Assembly (NCBI GenBank): GCA_963782915.1
Contig: CAWALK010000018.1
Span: 160,001 to 224,000, forward strand
Source: an uncultured archaeon
GTDB lineage: Archaea > Thermoproteota > Bathyarchaeia > Bathyarchaeales > Bathycorpusculaceae
Direction of reading: 5' to 3'
DNA: 64,000 nucleotides
Shown here: piece by piece, positions 24,097 through 33,522 of the stretch
How positions within the stretch are numbered: position 1 is the stretch's first letter
How the letters are laid out: every line of letters starts with the position of its first letter
Notes under the pieces: model-generated
The model's input: the letters and a program-made list of their open reading frames with translations, nothing else
Databases searched by the model: none
Told to the model about the DNA's origin: nothing
Made by a program: the position numbers and the translations under genes

Positions 24097-24633
24097 GTTT
24101 TTTTAGTTCTCCCATAAGTTATTTCTAAAATTAATGTGAATGCTGTGATTTGTGAGTGATTGGGTTTTTTTCAAGTTTACATTTCCTCCGATGCTGGGTT
24201 GTCCAACTTCGAAAAAGGATTCTCTAAACTTTTCTAAGAGCACAAACAGATGCTGCATAGCTAACTAATAAACCTTGTTATTGATTATGGTTGATAAGGT
24301 AAGTACTGGTAAAGTTTGAGGAGGGGTTTGGATGGAGCAATCGATAGCCTGTGCGTTGCATCCACGTTTTTCTGTGTCTAATTATAGAGTGGGTCAGCCT
24401 CATAAACTTTGCAATTTAGATGCTTTGCTGCTTTTGTTTTTTGGTTTTTCTAGTAACAGAAGAAGGAATAGAGCCCCTATACCCTTCTTCTTCCTGCGGG
24501 CTTGGCTGTAGCATCTGTTTTGGTATGTACGTTTGGTTTGGGTTGCAGGCTGATTGTGGAGAGATTTCTACAAGCAGAATAGGTTTTTTGATCTATTAGT
24601 AACAAGTTAGTCAAATAAGCCCATGTAAAGGTG

Positions 24634-25764
24634 CTAATTACCCATCATAAACAAAGCCATTTCCACATCAGCCACGCTAAACGGGAAACCTTCCTCGTTG
24701 AGTTCATTACGAATAATCTCTAGAATCCACAGTAGTTTCTGGTAGTTCTCTGCCCAACCCATGGGAGACACATCCGCGTCTCCAAGGCGATTCACGCCGG
24801 GCGGGGACTTTATGATCCGCTCACCATTATAAATTAGGGTTTTTAAGGCTGAACCAACACGGCTGTCCAGCGTTGCCAAGTAATTTTGGTCGAATAATCC
24901 AATTATTTTTGAGGCGCGGGAGATGCCGACCCCTTCAATAGTCATGAGTTTGAGTATAGCGTCTGAAGGTTTACCTTGATCAAGCAAACCAAAAGCGTCA
25001 CGGGTTACATGCAGACATTTCTGTTCATCCCGTTCAGGAAACAACGGGTTAGGAAAACTCCAAGTCATAACCGCGTCTAATGTGGCTAAATCTACTCCAC
25101 CGACATTACGTATGCGTGAGAGAACAAGCTGCTTTTGAAGTCCATTACGTTTATCTAATGATTCGGGGAGGTTTTTGTCTTTCCAACGGTAGTTTCTTCT
25201 ACCTATAACCAGTGCGTTTCGGTTCTCTTTGGTCCAGATGATTATCGTTGCAGCGTATTTTTGGTTGAATTCAGCCTTAGTTTTTGGTCCAATAGGAGCT
25301 TCAAGTGGTTTTGGAGGCTTCGGTTTTGGCACTTCCACCACTGCACTTGACACTGGAGTGGCTGGCACGACTAGTACTGGAGCTAATTGTGGTGCTGGCT
25401 GTGGTTCGATTAGTTGTATTTGCGGAGGGGTTTGTACTGGTTCTGGAACTGGCACTGGAGAAGCTATCGGTGGTGCAGACACCTGAGGTGGAGGCGTTGG
25501 AACCTCGGCGGTTTTACTGATTAACCGGTAACTTTCATTCCCCAAGAAATCGAAGTAGGGATGTACTGAATCTCGCATAGAGGACATTGCCAACACGTAT
25601 GTGCGTATGGTTGTTGCTGGCATGTTTGGCAGGCTTTCGTGGACTTTGTAGATTACATCGTTGGCTGTGAAGATATCTTTTTCTAAGCTTTTGGCAGACT
25701 CTAAAACAACCTGCATAATCCTGTAGTTGAGGTTCTGGGAACTATGGCCTGCCATGCACACCAT
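24634..25764 (-). CDS. Hypothetical protein: N-terminal wHTH-like domain, Pro-rich linker, C-terminal HhH (glycosylase-like) domain
   Basis: LMTIEGVGISRASKI..ATLDSRV helix-hairpin-helix with a downstream Asp; C-terminal ADVEMALF. Confidence 0.6.
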   Translation of the reverse strand: MVCMAGHSSQNLNYRIMQVVLESAKSLEKDIFTANDVIYKVHESLPNMPATTIRTYVLAMSSMRDSVHPYFDFLGNESYRLISKTAEVPTPPPQVSAPPIASPVPVPEPVQTPPQIQLIEPQPAPQLAPVLVVPATPVSSAVVEVPKPKPPKPLEAPIGPKTKAEFNQKYAATIIIWTKENRNALVIGRRNYRWKDKNLPESLDKRNGLQKQLVLSRIRNVGGVDLATLDAVMTWSFPNPLFPERDEQKCLHVTRDAFGLLDQGKPSDAILKLMTIEGVGISRASKIIGLFDQNYLATLDSRVGSALKTLIYNGERIIKSPPGVNRLGDADVSPMGWAENYQKLLWILEIIRNELNEEGFPFSVADVEMALFMMGN

Positions 25765-25840
25765 TCAGGGGTTTGGGGATTTAAAACTTGCTTCGTGGCT
25801 GGAAGGCTTGCTTGGGGCTTTGGTTGACAGGTAGGTTGTG

Positions 25841-25880
25841 TTTGTTGCTCTGCACTGACCCCCCTCCCCTTATTTAAAGA
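25841..25880 (-). repeat. Dispersed G-rich intergenic repeat, copy C (1 unit)
   Basis: Reverse complement reads TCTTTAAATAAGGGGAGGGGGGTCAGTGCAGAGCAACAAA. Confidence 0.8.
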
Positions 25881-26014
25881 AGGGTTGTTTTGAATGCTCA
25901 CTATTCTGCATCCTTGTTTTGATGTCTTTTGTGGCAGGTGGCAATCCTTTACCTGTTTAGGAAGTGTTTAAAAGTATGCCACGTGTCATATATTAGTTAG
26001 GAGACAAACTCCAA

Positions 26015-26815
26015 ATGAAAAACAAATTCATCTTACTAATCGCAATCACCGCAACATTACTAATAGCCATCACACCCACAACAACCGCCGCTGGAACGCT
26101 AGAAATAACCAACCCATCACAAGACACCCAAAACTTCACCTATCAACAACTCACAGAAATGCCCCAAACCACCGTATACGCCGAACTCTACTGCTACGGC
26201 AGCCTAGTAACCATGGGCAACTGGAACGGAATACAACTTAGTTATCTACTAACACAAGCAAACGCCACCACTGAAGCCAAATCAATCCAATTTAGAGCCT
26301 CAGACGGCTACGTAGTGACCATACCAATCGAGGTAGCTATGGCACCAGAAACAATTATTGCCTATCAACTAGATGGGGCACCACTATCGGAAGGGCTTCG
26401 ATTAGTTCTGCCGGGAACTAACGGTGCATCATGGATTGCAAAAATCGTTTCCATAACTGCTAGCAATATGGGCGCTGAAACGCCTGCCCCAGCGGGAGCC
26501 AGTTTACCAAACGACGGTTTAATAAAAGGCACAAACGATAATACACAATCACTACCAACCCCAACCTTAACCCCCACCCCAACACAACCAACAACCAAAC
26601 CCACCCCTAACAATTCCACCCCAAATCCCAGTCCTTCTCCAGCAAACATAACTGAAGTTGAGCCAACAATCAAGCCACAGGATACCATAGACTCTCAATG
26701 GGGAACAATAGCTGCAATAATCGCTGTTTTAACGGTCAGTTTGGCAACAGTCACAACTTTTACTATCAAACGAAGAACAAAACCGAAGGATAGCCCGCTT
26801 ACTTCTTATCCGTAA
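26015..26815 (+). CDS. Surface-anchored sulfite-oxidase-family molybdopterin-binding domain protein
   Basis: Signal peptide, LYCYG..WNG, ASDGY, IIAY-LDG-PL, LRLVLPG..WIAK, PT linker and C-terminal TM. Confidence 0.75.
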   Translation: MKNKFILLIAITATLLIAITPTTTAAGTLEITNPSQDTQNFTYQQLTEMPQTTVYAELYCYGSLVTMGNWNGIQLSYLLTQANATTEAKSIQFRASDGYVVTIPIEVAMAPETIIAYQLDGAPLSEGLRLVLPGTNGASWIAKIVSITASNMGAETPAPAGASLPNDGLIKGTNDNTQSLPTPTLTPTPTQPTTKPTPNNSTPNPSPSPANITEVEPTIKPQDTIDSQWGTIAAIIAVLTVSLATVTTFTIKRRTKPKDSPLTSYP

Positions 26816-26877
26816 GCATTGGCTTTTTTATCTTTTTTTTATAACATTACTAGAATCAAATCAAGGAAAAGTGAGCA

Positions 26878-27183
26878 TTAGTATCTAGCTATCTTGTAGC
26901 GTCCCCGAAACTGACGCTTACGCTGCTCCTGAGCCTCAGTCAACTTGGAATTGGCGGTTTTAACCTCAAAAACAGTGGGCTCCCCAACTGTTCCGCCAAA
27001 AAAGTCTCTCTTCTGCACCACGAAGTCGCCGCCTTTGTGGATTTTTGTGCAGTCATGCCCTTCCATGGCTTGGTCGAAGGCGAAGCGGTCTTTGGCGATG
27101 CTGCCTTTTTGGCGTTTTGCATGGGGAAAACGGCGTGCAGTGTTGCCGAACCCGTAGGGTCTTTTGGGGTCTTGTTTAGCCAT
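26878..27183 (-). CDS. Small PD-(D/E)XK nuclease-fold protein
   Basis: GGDFVV..FEVKT..SKLTEAQ motif; 101 aa, basic. Confidence 0.6.
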   Translation of the reverse strand: MAKQDPKRPYGFGNTARRFPHAKRQKGSIAKDRFAFDQAMEGHDCTKIHKGGDFVVQKRDFFGGTVGEPTVFEVKTANSKLTEAQEQRKRQFRGRYKIARY

Positions 27184-27390
27184 GTTGCAGCTTCGCTGTT
27201 AAATGCCGAAATGTTATTATTAAATTAATTGTAAAATGGCTCAGTATTTTATACTATGTCTTTCTTTGTTTTTCTTGCAGTTCTTGTTTCAGATTTATTT
27301 TGGCACCGCATTGACTGGTATTTTAATGCATCTTGACGCCATAGTTCGTGAGTTAATCGGAATTGTTCACTTCAACACTCAAAATATTTG

Positions 27391-27684
27391 TCAAGTGTTG
27401 CTGCTGTCGGCTACTTCTTCAGCTAAAGACCGCTTCTTTTGGGTGCCCGTCGGAGGCAGAGCCATCGTTCTAAAGGCATCCAATGCAGCATGTGAATTCT
27501 TCAGAAGCTGCTGCGCTTGTCGGATGGCTTCTTGACGCCCCATATCATACGTCCAGCCACTATCTTTAACGGCATCAACTCGTGCACCAATGTTTTCTGC
27601 CATACAATCCTCAAACCCTGCCAGTTTTAAATCATCAACTAAAGCTGCTCTATCATAATCACTTGTAGGTTGTCTTGGCAACAA
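27391..27684 (-). CDS. Hypothetical protein, possibly a stand-alone ATP-cone-like domain
   Basis: YDRAALVDDLKLAG..AENIGARV..GWT weakly resembles ATP-cone helices; GGAGTGA SD upstream. Confidence 0.45.
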   Translation of the reverse strand: MLPRQPTSDYDRAALVDDLKLAGFEDCMAENIGARVDAVKDSGWTYDMGRQEAIRQAQQLLKNSHAALDAFRTMALPPTGTQKKRSLAEEVADSSNT

Positions 27685-27893
27685 AAATCACTCCAGAAGT
27701 AAAAATTAGCTCAACCAATCCGAAAGGGCATTATGAATTGGCTAATAAAGCTGCGTTGTTGCCCATCTGAAGCATCGAACTAATAAGTGCTGGAGTGTAC
27801 TGGTTACGTTTGGAAGCGTTTATTTTGCAAAATAGATCATCGACATTAACCGGAAATGAACCTGTAAAGCCGGAAGGAAACCAAACAACTGAA

Positions 27894-28043
27894 ATGCCGA
27901 AGCCAAAAATGGCAAACGGAAAATTTATGTGTCCACTGTGCAGTGCTGTATTTTCTTCGATGTATGCCTACAAGCGACACGCACACGACATCCATAAGTT
28001 TGGCTCTTCAACACCGACCGCAAATAGACTAAGAAGCAGTTGA
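27894..28043 (+). CDS. Small C2H2 zinc-finger protein
   Basis: GKFMCPLCSAVFSSMYAYKRHAHDIH; likely ATG at 27894. Confidence 0.65.
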   Translation: MPKPKMANGKFMCPLCSAVFSSMYAYKRHAHDIHKFGSSTPTANRLRSS

Positions 28044-28148
28044 TTACCATGGGAAAATCGGCGATTGGCTAAAGTTGTAGCAAAAAACCTACCCTAAAAG
28101 CCATAAATTGTTGCAGCGATAGGTATTGTATGGACTTTAGGGGTTACT

Positions 28149-28586
28149 TTACTGTTCAGCAGCCCATTTGCGTGCCGCAGCTAAATCACCCGCGTTTGGC
28201 CTGCCGCGTCGTGTAAAACCAAAGGTTTGTCCTAAACAGATGAAATAGTTCTCGCCCAACCGCTGACCTTTGGCTTCAAGCGTCTGTTTGACTCTTTCAT
28301 AGGCGAGTGTGTTGCTTGCGCCTCCGCCAGCCCACGTCATAAATAGTACAAACCGCTTGCCAATCCCCAAGTCAGCTGTGTTGAGGTAGTTTAGCAGCTC
28401 CACATAGGGTTCGCCGCCGCGGATGCCAGTGCCAAGGAAAACCAAGTCATAACCCTCAAGCGACAAAGTTGAGGCGTCAAAGGCTTCGGTTAATTTCACC
28501 GCTTTGCAGTTTACTTGGGCTGCGATTTCTTGGGCTACTTTTTCGGTGTTGCCGCGATGGGTTGAGTAAATAACAATAGCGTTCAT
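28149..28586 (-). CDS. Flavodoxin family protein
   Basis: YSTHRGNTEKVA FMN loop and YDLVFLGTG. Confidence 0.9.
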   Translation of the reverse strand: MNAIVIYSTHRGNTEKVAQEIAAQVNCKAVKLTEAFDASTLSLEGYDLVFLGTGIRGGEPYVELLNYLNTADLGIGKRFVLFMTWAGGGASNTLAYERVKQTLEAKGQRLGENYFICLGQTFGFTRRGRPNAGDLAAARKWAAEQ

Positions 28587-28594
28587 GAGACCAC

Positions 28595-29491
28595 TCAGGT
28601 TGGGCGTTCGGTTACGTTTACGTTGGCTGATGTTTCTATTTTTGCTTTCTCAATTTTTTGCATTATCGTTTGCAAAAGTTTAGCATCAGCCTCATAACCG
28701 ATGCTGTTACGTTCATTGGTTATCGCTACTTTTGCGGTTGTTCCCGAACCCAAAAATGGATCCAACACCGTTTCACCCCTAACACTAAACATCCGAATCA
28801 GCCGTTCCGCCACCTCATCGGGGTAAGCTGCAGTACGCCTCTCAAGTTCACTCGCGGTCTGCCTCGTACCCTTGAAATCCCAAATTTGGCTAAACCACAC
28901 ATCCCGCTGCACCTTCGTAAACTTGCTCTCATAACGGTCTTGCTGGTGGGGCTCGAATTTGCGCAGTTTCCCCTTCCTAAACAGTAAGATAAACTCGCAG
29001 TCCAATGTTACATAGGCGTTGGGGGGTAGGAAGCCTGAGCCTAAAAATGCGCCTTTACCCTTGTATTTTGGACGGTTCGTCGGTTTTTTCCATAGGATAT
29101 AGGGCAGGGTAGTGAAGCCGATTGTTTCGCAAACCTCAGTGATTCGGGAATGGTTGGGGAAGAGTTGGAATTTGCCGTTTATATTGCGTGTGGCGTCGCC
29201 GATGTTTATGGCTGCTATGCCGCCGTCTGCTAGGACGCGGTAGGTTTCTGCCCAGACTTTGGCGAGGTTTTCATGCATTAATTTGTATAGTTGCCGCACG
29301 GTGACGTCGCTGGCTGTTCGTTCAAGTTTGCGCCATAACGCCGCAATTTTGGGGTCAGCTTTACAGAAGAGTTCATCCCACATTGCTATCATGGGGTAAG
29401 GTGGTGAGGTTACCATTAGCTGGATAGAGCCGTCGGCGAGTTCGCTCATTTGTTGGCTGTTGCCGATTATGATTTGGTGCTGGGTGGGCAT
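28595..29491 (-). CDS. Site-specific DNA methyltransferase (N4-C/N6-A, beta class), orphan
   Basis: VTSPPY (motif IV) precedes VLDPFLGSGTT (motif I). Confidence 0.9.
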   Translation of the reverse strand: MPTQHQIIIGNSQQMSELADGSIQLMVTSPPYPMIAMWDELFCKADPKIAALWRKLERTASDVTVRQLYKLMHENLAKVWAETYRVLADGGIAAINIGDATRNINGKFQLFPNHSRITEVCETIGFTTLPYILWKKPTNRPKYKGKGAFLGSGFLPPNAYVTLDCEFILLFRKGKLRKFEPHQQDRYESKFTKVQRDVWFSQIWDFKGTRQTASELERRTAAYPDEVAERLIRMFSVRGETVLDPFLGSGTTAKVAITNERNSIGYEADAKLLQTIMQKIEKAKIETSANVNVTERPT

Positions 29492-29804
29492 GCGCTGGTA
29501 TGTATAGTTGAATGGGGCTTTTACTTTTGCGGTAAAAAATTTTGCAGATACTGACTGCTGTAAAGGGCAATATTGTCTTGTCTGCTATGTATGCATAAAG
29601 TTTCTTTTAGTAAACAATTTTCCCCACTTGCTTTAAGAAATCCGCCCCCATAATCAAAAAGAGGCTCGTTATGGTCATATTTAGGAAATATTTTAGGCTC
29701 TCACCCATGCATATTGACTTGTTGCTGACAAAACCCTACATCACAAGCTACGACGATAAACCTTTAAATTTGATCTTTCCCTTCAAGTCAGAGGCGACTG
29801 GCTG

Positions 29805-30632
29805 ATGGTATTAGCGTTCCAAGAAGAAGGTATCCGCCTTTTAATTAACATGGGATTCACTGAAACACAGGCCAAACTCTATCTGGCGCTGTTAAACATC
29901 GGAAAAACCGATGTGAAGACCCTGTCTAAGCAAGCAAATGTACCCCGACAGGCCGCTTACAGAACGCTGGGTGAATTGCAGGAAAAGGGCATTGTGGAAA
30001 AAATAATTTCTCTGCCCCAAGAGTACCAAGCCATTCCACTGCAAGACGGATTAACCGTAATGATCAGCTCAAAAGCCAACGAATACGCCAAAATCATCGA
30101 GAAAGCCAAAGAGTTCCTGCTAAAGTTTGAAGCTCAGAATCAAGCACAGGTTTCAGATAAACAATACAACATTAGCATCATCGAAGGAAAAGAAACCATC
30201 ATCAACAAAATCGGAACGCTAACAGATGGGCTTGAAGGCAACATTTGCGTTTGTCAAACTGTACAGCGTTGGATGCATGTTAACCATGAAATTATCGATA
30301 ACGTGAAAGAAGCCTTGGCAAGAGGGGTAAAGTACCGTGTGGTTTTGGAGAGACCCGATGGTGAGTTTAGTTTTCCGAAAGAATTCAAGTATTTGCTTTC
30401 GCATCCAAACTATGAGTTGCGGCTAATTAATGATCACCTGAAAATTAACGCGGCGATTTATGATGAGAAAGTTGCTTGTTTTAGTTTTTATCCCGCAAAG
30501 GCAGTAGCTGATACACCGGTTATTGTTACTAATCATCCGAGTTTGTTGGTGGGGTTTGTGGATCATTTTGAGAATCTGTGGCGTGAAAGCGAAAAACTCG
30601 AGGTTAAAGAGGAAAGCGTCATGGCTCAGTGA
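29805..30632 (+). CDS. TrmB family transcriptional regulator
   Basis: GFTETQAKLYLALL..VPRQAAYRTL-EL-EKG HTH plus a C-terminal PLD-like effector domain. Confidence 0.88.
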   Translation: MVLAFQEEGIRLLINMGFTETQAKLYLALLNIGKTDVKTLSKQANVPRQAAYRTLGELQEKGIVEKIISLPQEYQAIPLQDGLTVMISSKANEYAKIIEKAKEFLLKFEAQNQAQVSDKQYNISIIEGKETIINKIGTLTDGLEGNICVCQTVQRWMHVNHEIIDNVKEALARGVKYRVVLERPDGEFSFPKEFKYLLSHPNYELRLINDHLKINAAIYDEKVACFSFYPAKAVADTPVIVTNHPSLLVGFVDHFENLWRESEKLEVKEESVMAQ

Positions 30633-30721
30633 TTAACCGTTTTATCTCTTGGTAAAAACTGCTCTGTGCTGTGGGAAATGATTAATAAGACAGAAACCAA
30701 CCCTTCTGTACTGCATCACAT

Positions 30722-30849
30722 GCTACGGTAACCAAGCCAGGTCAAAGGTGAAGGACTCAAGATCAACGTTTGGCCGGCAGGTCTGGCCCCACGGATGGGA
30801 AATCCTTTCCCGCAGGGGTTCGCAGGTTCAAATCCTGCCCGTAGCACCA
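30722..30849 (+). tRNA. tRNA-Leu(CAA) with a 40-nt intron at position 37/38 (30762-30801) and encoded CCA
   Basis: Acceptor GCTACGG/CCGTAGC, anticodon arm AAGGA-CTCAAG..A-TCCTT, long variable arm, GCAGG-TTCAAAT-CCTGC. Confidence 0.92.
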
Positions 30850-30852
30850 GTC

Positions 30853-31260
30853 TTACTTTATAAAAATGGCTTCCCCAATGTTTCTAAAGTGTTCGTCTCC
30901 AGTTACCACTTTTCCTTTTAGGCTCCTTGCTGTGCATAAAACTATTGAGTCGGCTAAGCCCCAGTCTTTCTCTTGTTTTTTCATGGCACAATCTATTTTT
31001 CCAGCATCAATCGCAAGTTCAAAATATAAATCGACCACTTGAGTTGATGCGTTAATGAATTCTAGGCGTTTTAATCGGCCTTCAGGGGTTTCGTTTCCAA
31101 GCTCTATTTCTTTCTGGAGTTTTCTGCTTATTTCTGCAACGACTATGCTAGGAGTTACTGAATCAGCACTTTCTATATATTTTTTGGCAACTTCACCGTA
31201 TTTTGAGGCCCTAAAATATTCTATCCAAGCGTAAGAATCAATCACGAACTTAGAGTTCAT
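30853..31260 (-). CDS. vapC: PIN-domain toxin (VapC family)
   Basis: VIDSYAWIEY, AE, GLADS and TGD-HF acidic catalytic residues. Confidence 0.9.
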   Translation of the reverse strand: MNSKFVIDSYAWIEYFRASKYGEVAKKYIESADSVTPSIVVAEISRKLQKEIELGNETPEGRLKRLEFINASTQVVDLYFELAIDAGKIDCAMKKQEKDWGLADSIVLCTARSLKGKVVTGDEHFRNIGEAIFIK

Positions 31261-31459
31261 GCGATTCAGCCTCATCTTCTCGTGTGAAAGGCTTCAGTTT
31301 ACGGTTTGACCCAAACATGGAGCAGGAGATATTTTTGCGTTCGAGGATAAGGGATTTTATGACTTGATCGTGGCTACTAGCGTTCATTTCTTTTTTGATT
31401 TTATTTAGCATTTGGAGAGTTTTTTCATCGACTTGAACGGTTGTTGGCACTTTTATCAT
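31250..31459 (-). CDS. Putative VapB-type (RHH-like) antitoxin
   Basis: TTVQV..TL..L..IK..S-DQVI..SMFG; overlaps the toxin start. Confidence 0.8.
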   Translation of the reverse strand: MIKVPTTVQVDEKTLQMLNKIKKEMNASSHDQVIKSLILERKNISCSMFGSNRKLKPFTREDEAESHEL

Positions 31460-31591
31460 CGCTATAGCTATAGTTATAGCACCATAAGAAATTTGTGTTT
31501 TTAGGACCTTGACAGCGTTTCCATAATGTATACAGTGAAATTTTAATACAGCCTAACCCATCTAAAAGGGTATCTTCGCTTGGTGGCTTGA

Positions 31592-31828
31592 TTGGCAAAG
31601 ACAGTTTTGGCAGAGGAAGAAAGAAGAAGCCTCAAAGTCTTAGCTTTGGAACTCTATGAAATCCGCAAGCTTATCGATAAACTTGCTGAAACCCTATCAA
31701 ACCTCAGCGATAAGGAACTGTTGAAGGTTTTAGATGCGAGTCCAGCGGATTATAAAGAAAGTCAAGTGGATCGCTACAGGGAAAAACTGGAAAAGCAGTT
31801 GGATTTTGCCGAAAGGGAATTTCGATAG
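31592..31828 (+). CDS. Small helical hypothetical protein
   Basis: 78-aa ORF with a GGTGG SD-like sequence. Confidence 0.55.
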   Translation: MAKTVLAEEERRSLKVLALELYEIRKLIDKLAETLSNLSDKELLKVLDASPADYKESQVDRYREKLEKQLDFAEREFR

Positions 31829-32121
31829 TAATGCGAGGGTTTCGCCAGATAAGCGCTAAATATTTTGATCGGCAATTGACATAACCCTATCATAGTGTTG
31901 TATCCTTCTTAGTTTCAGTGTACAGCCGTTGGATAGTACAAACATTTGGAACATAGAAAGCATTAACAACTGCATTTTATCGCTGAAAACAATAGCAAAG
32001 TTAATTACCAAAGAAAACAATTGTATAGAAGTTACAAGTAAGCTGTTTCTATATAGTCCTCAAAAACTAATGCCAACTGCTTAATTGCCTACTAAAACCA
32101 AAACTGATAGGAGGAAAAACA

Positions 32122-32304
32122 ATGAAAAATCCAATCGTAGCATCGATACTGTTCACTTGCCCCCAATGCAACGCGAACTTTGAATTCGACGCAGTCGGAG
32201 CAAACGAGTTTGTTCCCTGCCCACTCTGCGGATCGCACTTCGTGACCGCTAAACATGGCAGCAGAATAATGCTTGAAGCCCTCGAAGAAGCCTTAATGTG
32301 CTAA
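32122..32304 (+). CDS. LysW-like zinc-ribbon small protein lacking the EDWGE tail
   Basis: CPQC..CPLCG pairs, AGGAGG SD, ends in EALMC. Confidence 0.75.
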   Translation: MKNPIVASILFTCPQCNANFEFDAVGANEFVPCPLCGSHFVTAKHGSRIMLEALEEALMC

Positions 32305-32408
32305 AACATGCAATTCGGAATTAAAAGCCGAATTCTTTTGGCTCTTCCATATTTTTTGTTTTTAATAACTCTTAATTTTAGCTAGATTTATAAAAAATAG
32401 CGGTTAGG

Positions 32409-33278
32409 CTACATACCAGCCGATATACAGCCCATAGTAGCTGATGGAGTATACAGTTGCACTTCCGAAGTACACACATCCTCGCAGTCACGGCGAATCT
32501 GCGCCAACTCCTCTGCACTCACCCCGCCTAAACCATTCGAACCCAAAGGCACAATATCCAACACATATGCCCCAAGACTCCGCACGATTCTAGCCACCTC
32601 AACCAGATGCTCTGAGTTCACACCTGGAATATAGGCAGCGTTGACTTTCACCATCAACCCAGCGTCAGCCGCGTTGCGTAAACCTTCCAACTGGTTTATG
32701 CTCAATACTTCAAAGGCTTCTCTGCCACGCAAAGTTTTGCCGTTTAAGCGGACGTAGCTGTAAATTTGCGAGCCAACTTCGGCGTCAACAGCGTTTACGT
32801 TGATGCTAACTGCGCTCACCCCAGTCTCTTCTAAGAGGGGCAGTGTTTTGGGAAGCAGCAAACCGTCGGTGGTTATGCATCGGGTGAAATGCGGAAATTC
32901 GTCTTGCACCATGCGGAGTGTTTCGAATGTTACTTCGCTGCCTAATGGGTCGCCTTCCCCAGAGATGCTAACGACGCGCAGTCGGGGGTCGCTTTTTGCT
33001 GCTAACCGAACAAGTTCAATGGCGTCTTGGGCGGTTTCGATTTTTGCTGTGTCTTTGGAGTTCTGTGTTTTTGTATCGCAATAGTTGCAGCCGACGTTGC
33101 TGCGTGATGCAACGGATAATTCTATCCTGTTGAATCGTAAGCGGGCGCCGCTGCTGGAGGCTGGGTGGTTTTGTAGCATGCGGGCGCAGCTTTTTTTGCG
33201 TGCTTCAGTCTTTGTTAGGCTGAGCGTTGAGCCGCTTTTTTCTATTGATTCTTTTTCTGCTACTGCGATTTGTTCCAT
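32409..33278 (-). CDS. Degenerate NifB-like radical SAM-fold protein
   Basis: NifB-like VVSISG-GDPL, VNAVD..IY, QLEGL, VKVN..IPGVN-EH; the cluster motif reads SxxxCxxC. Confidence 0.8.
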   Translation of the reverse strand: MEQIAVAEKESIEKSGSTLSLTKTEARKKSCARMLQNHPASSSGARLRFNRIELSVASRSNVGCNYCDTKTQNSKDTAKIETAQDAIELVRLAAKSDPRLRVVSISGEGDPLGSEVTFETLRMVQDEFPHFTRCITTDGLLLPKTLPLLEETGVSAVSINVNAVDAEVGSQIYSYVRLNGKTLRGREAFEVLSINQLEGLRNAADAGLMVKVNAAYIPGVNSEHLVEVARIVRSLGAYVLDIVPLGSNGLGGVSAEELAQIRRDCEDVCTSEVQLYTPSATMGCISAGM

Positions 33279-33522
33279 GTTCTTTTTCTCCTGTTAGTTT
33301 AGGGATGGGTGTTGATTGTTAAAAGGGTAGTTGTGAACTTTTCACAAGTGTGCATAATTATGCATAATCAACAGACAACAGCATAGAGAACATCCATAAT
33401 AACCAGTTAGTAGTCCAAAATATAGACAGTTAAACTAGCATCTGCCTCATGCAACAAACGTAATTGTATCCAACAAAACCCAAAATAACCCAGCCACCAA
33501 TACCCTAGAAGAGGCAACAACC

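Noticed and set aside
32409-33278. Evidence for nitrogen fixation
   Set aside because: No nifHDK/EN is present and the NifB-like protein lacks key ligands.
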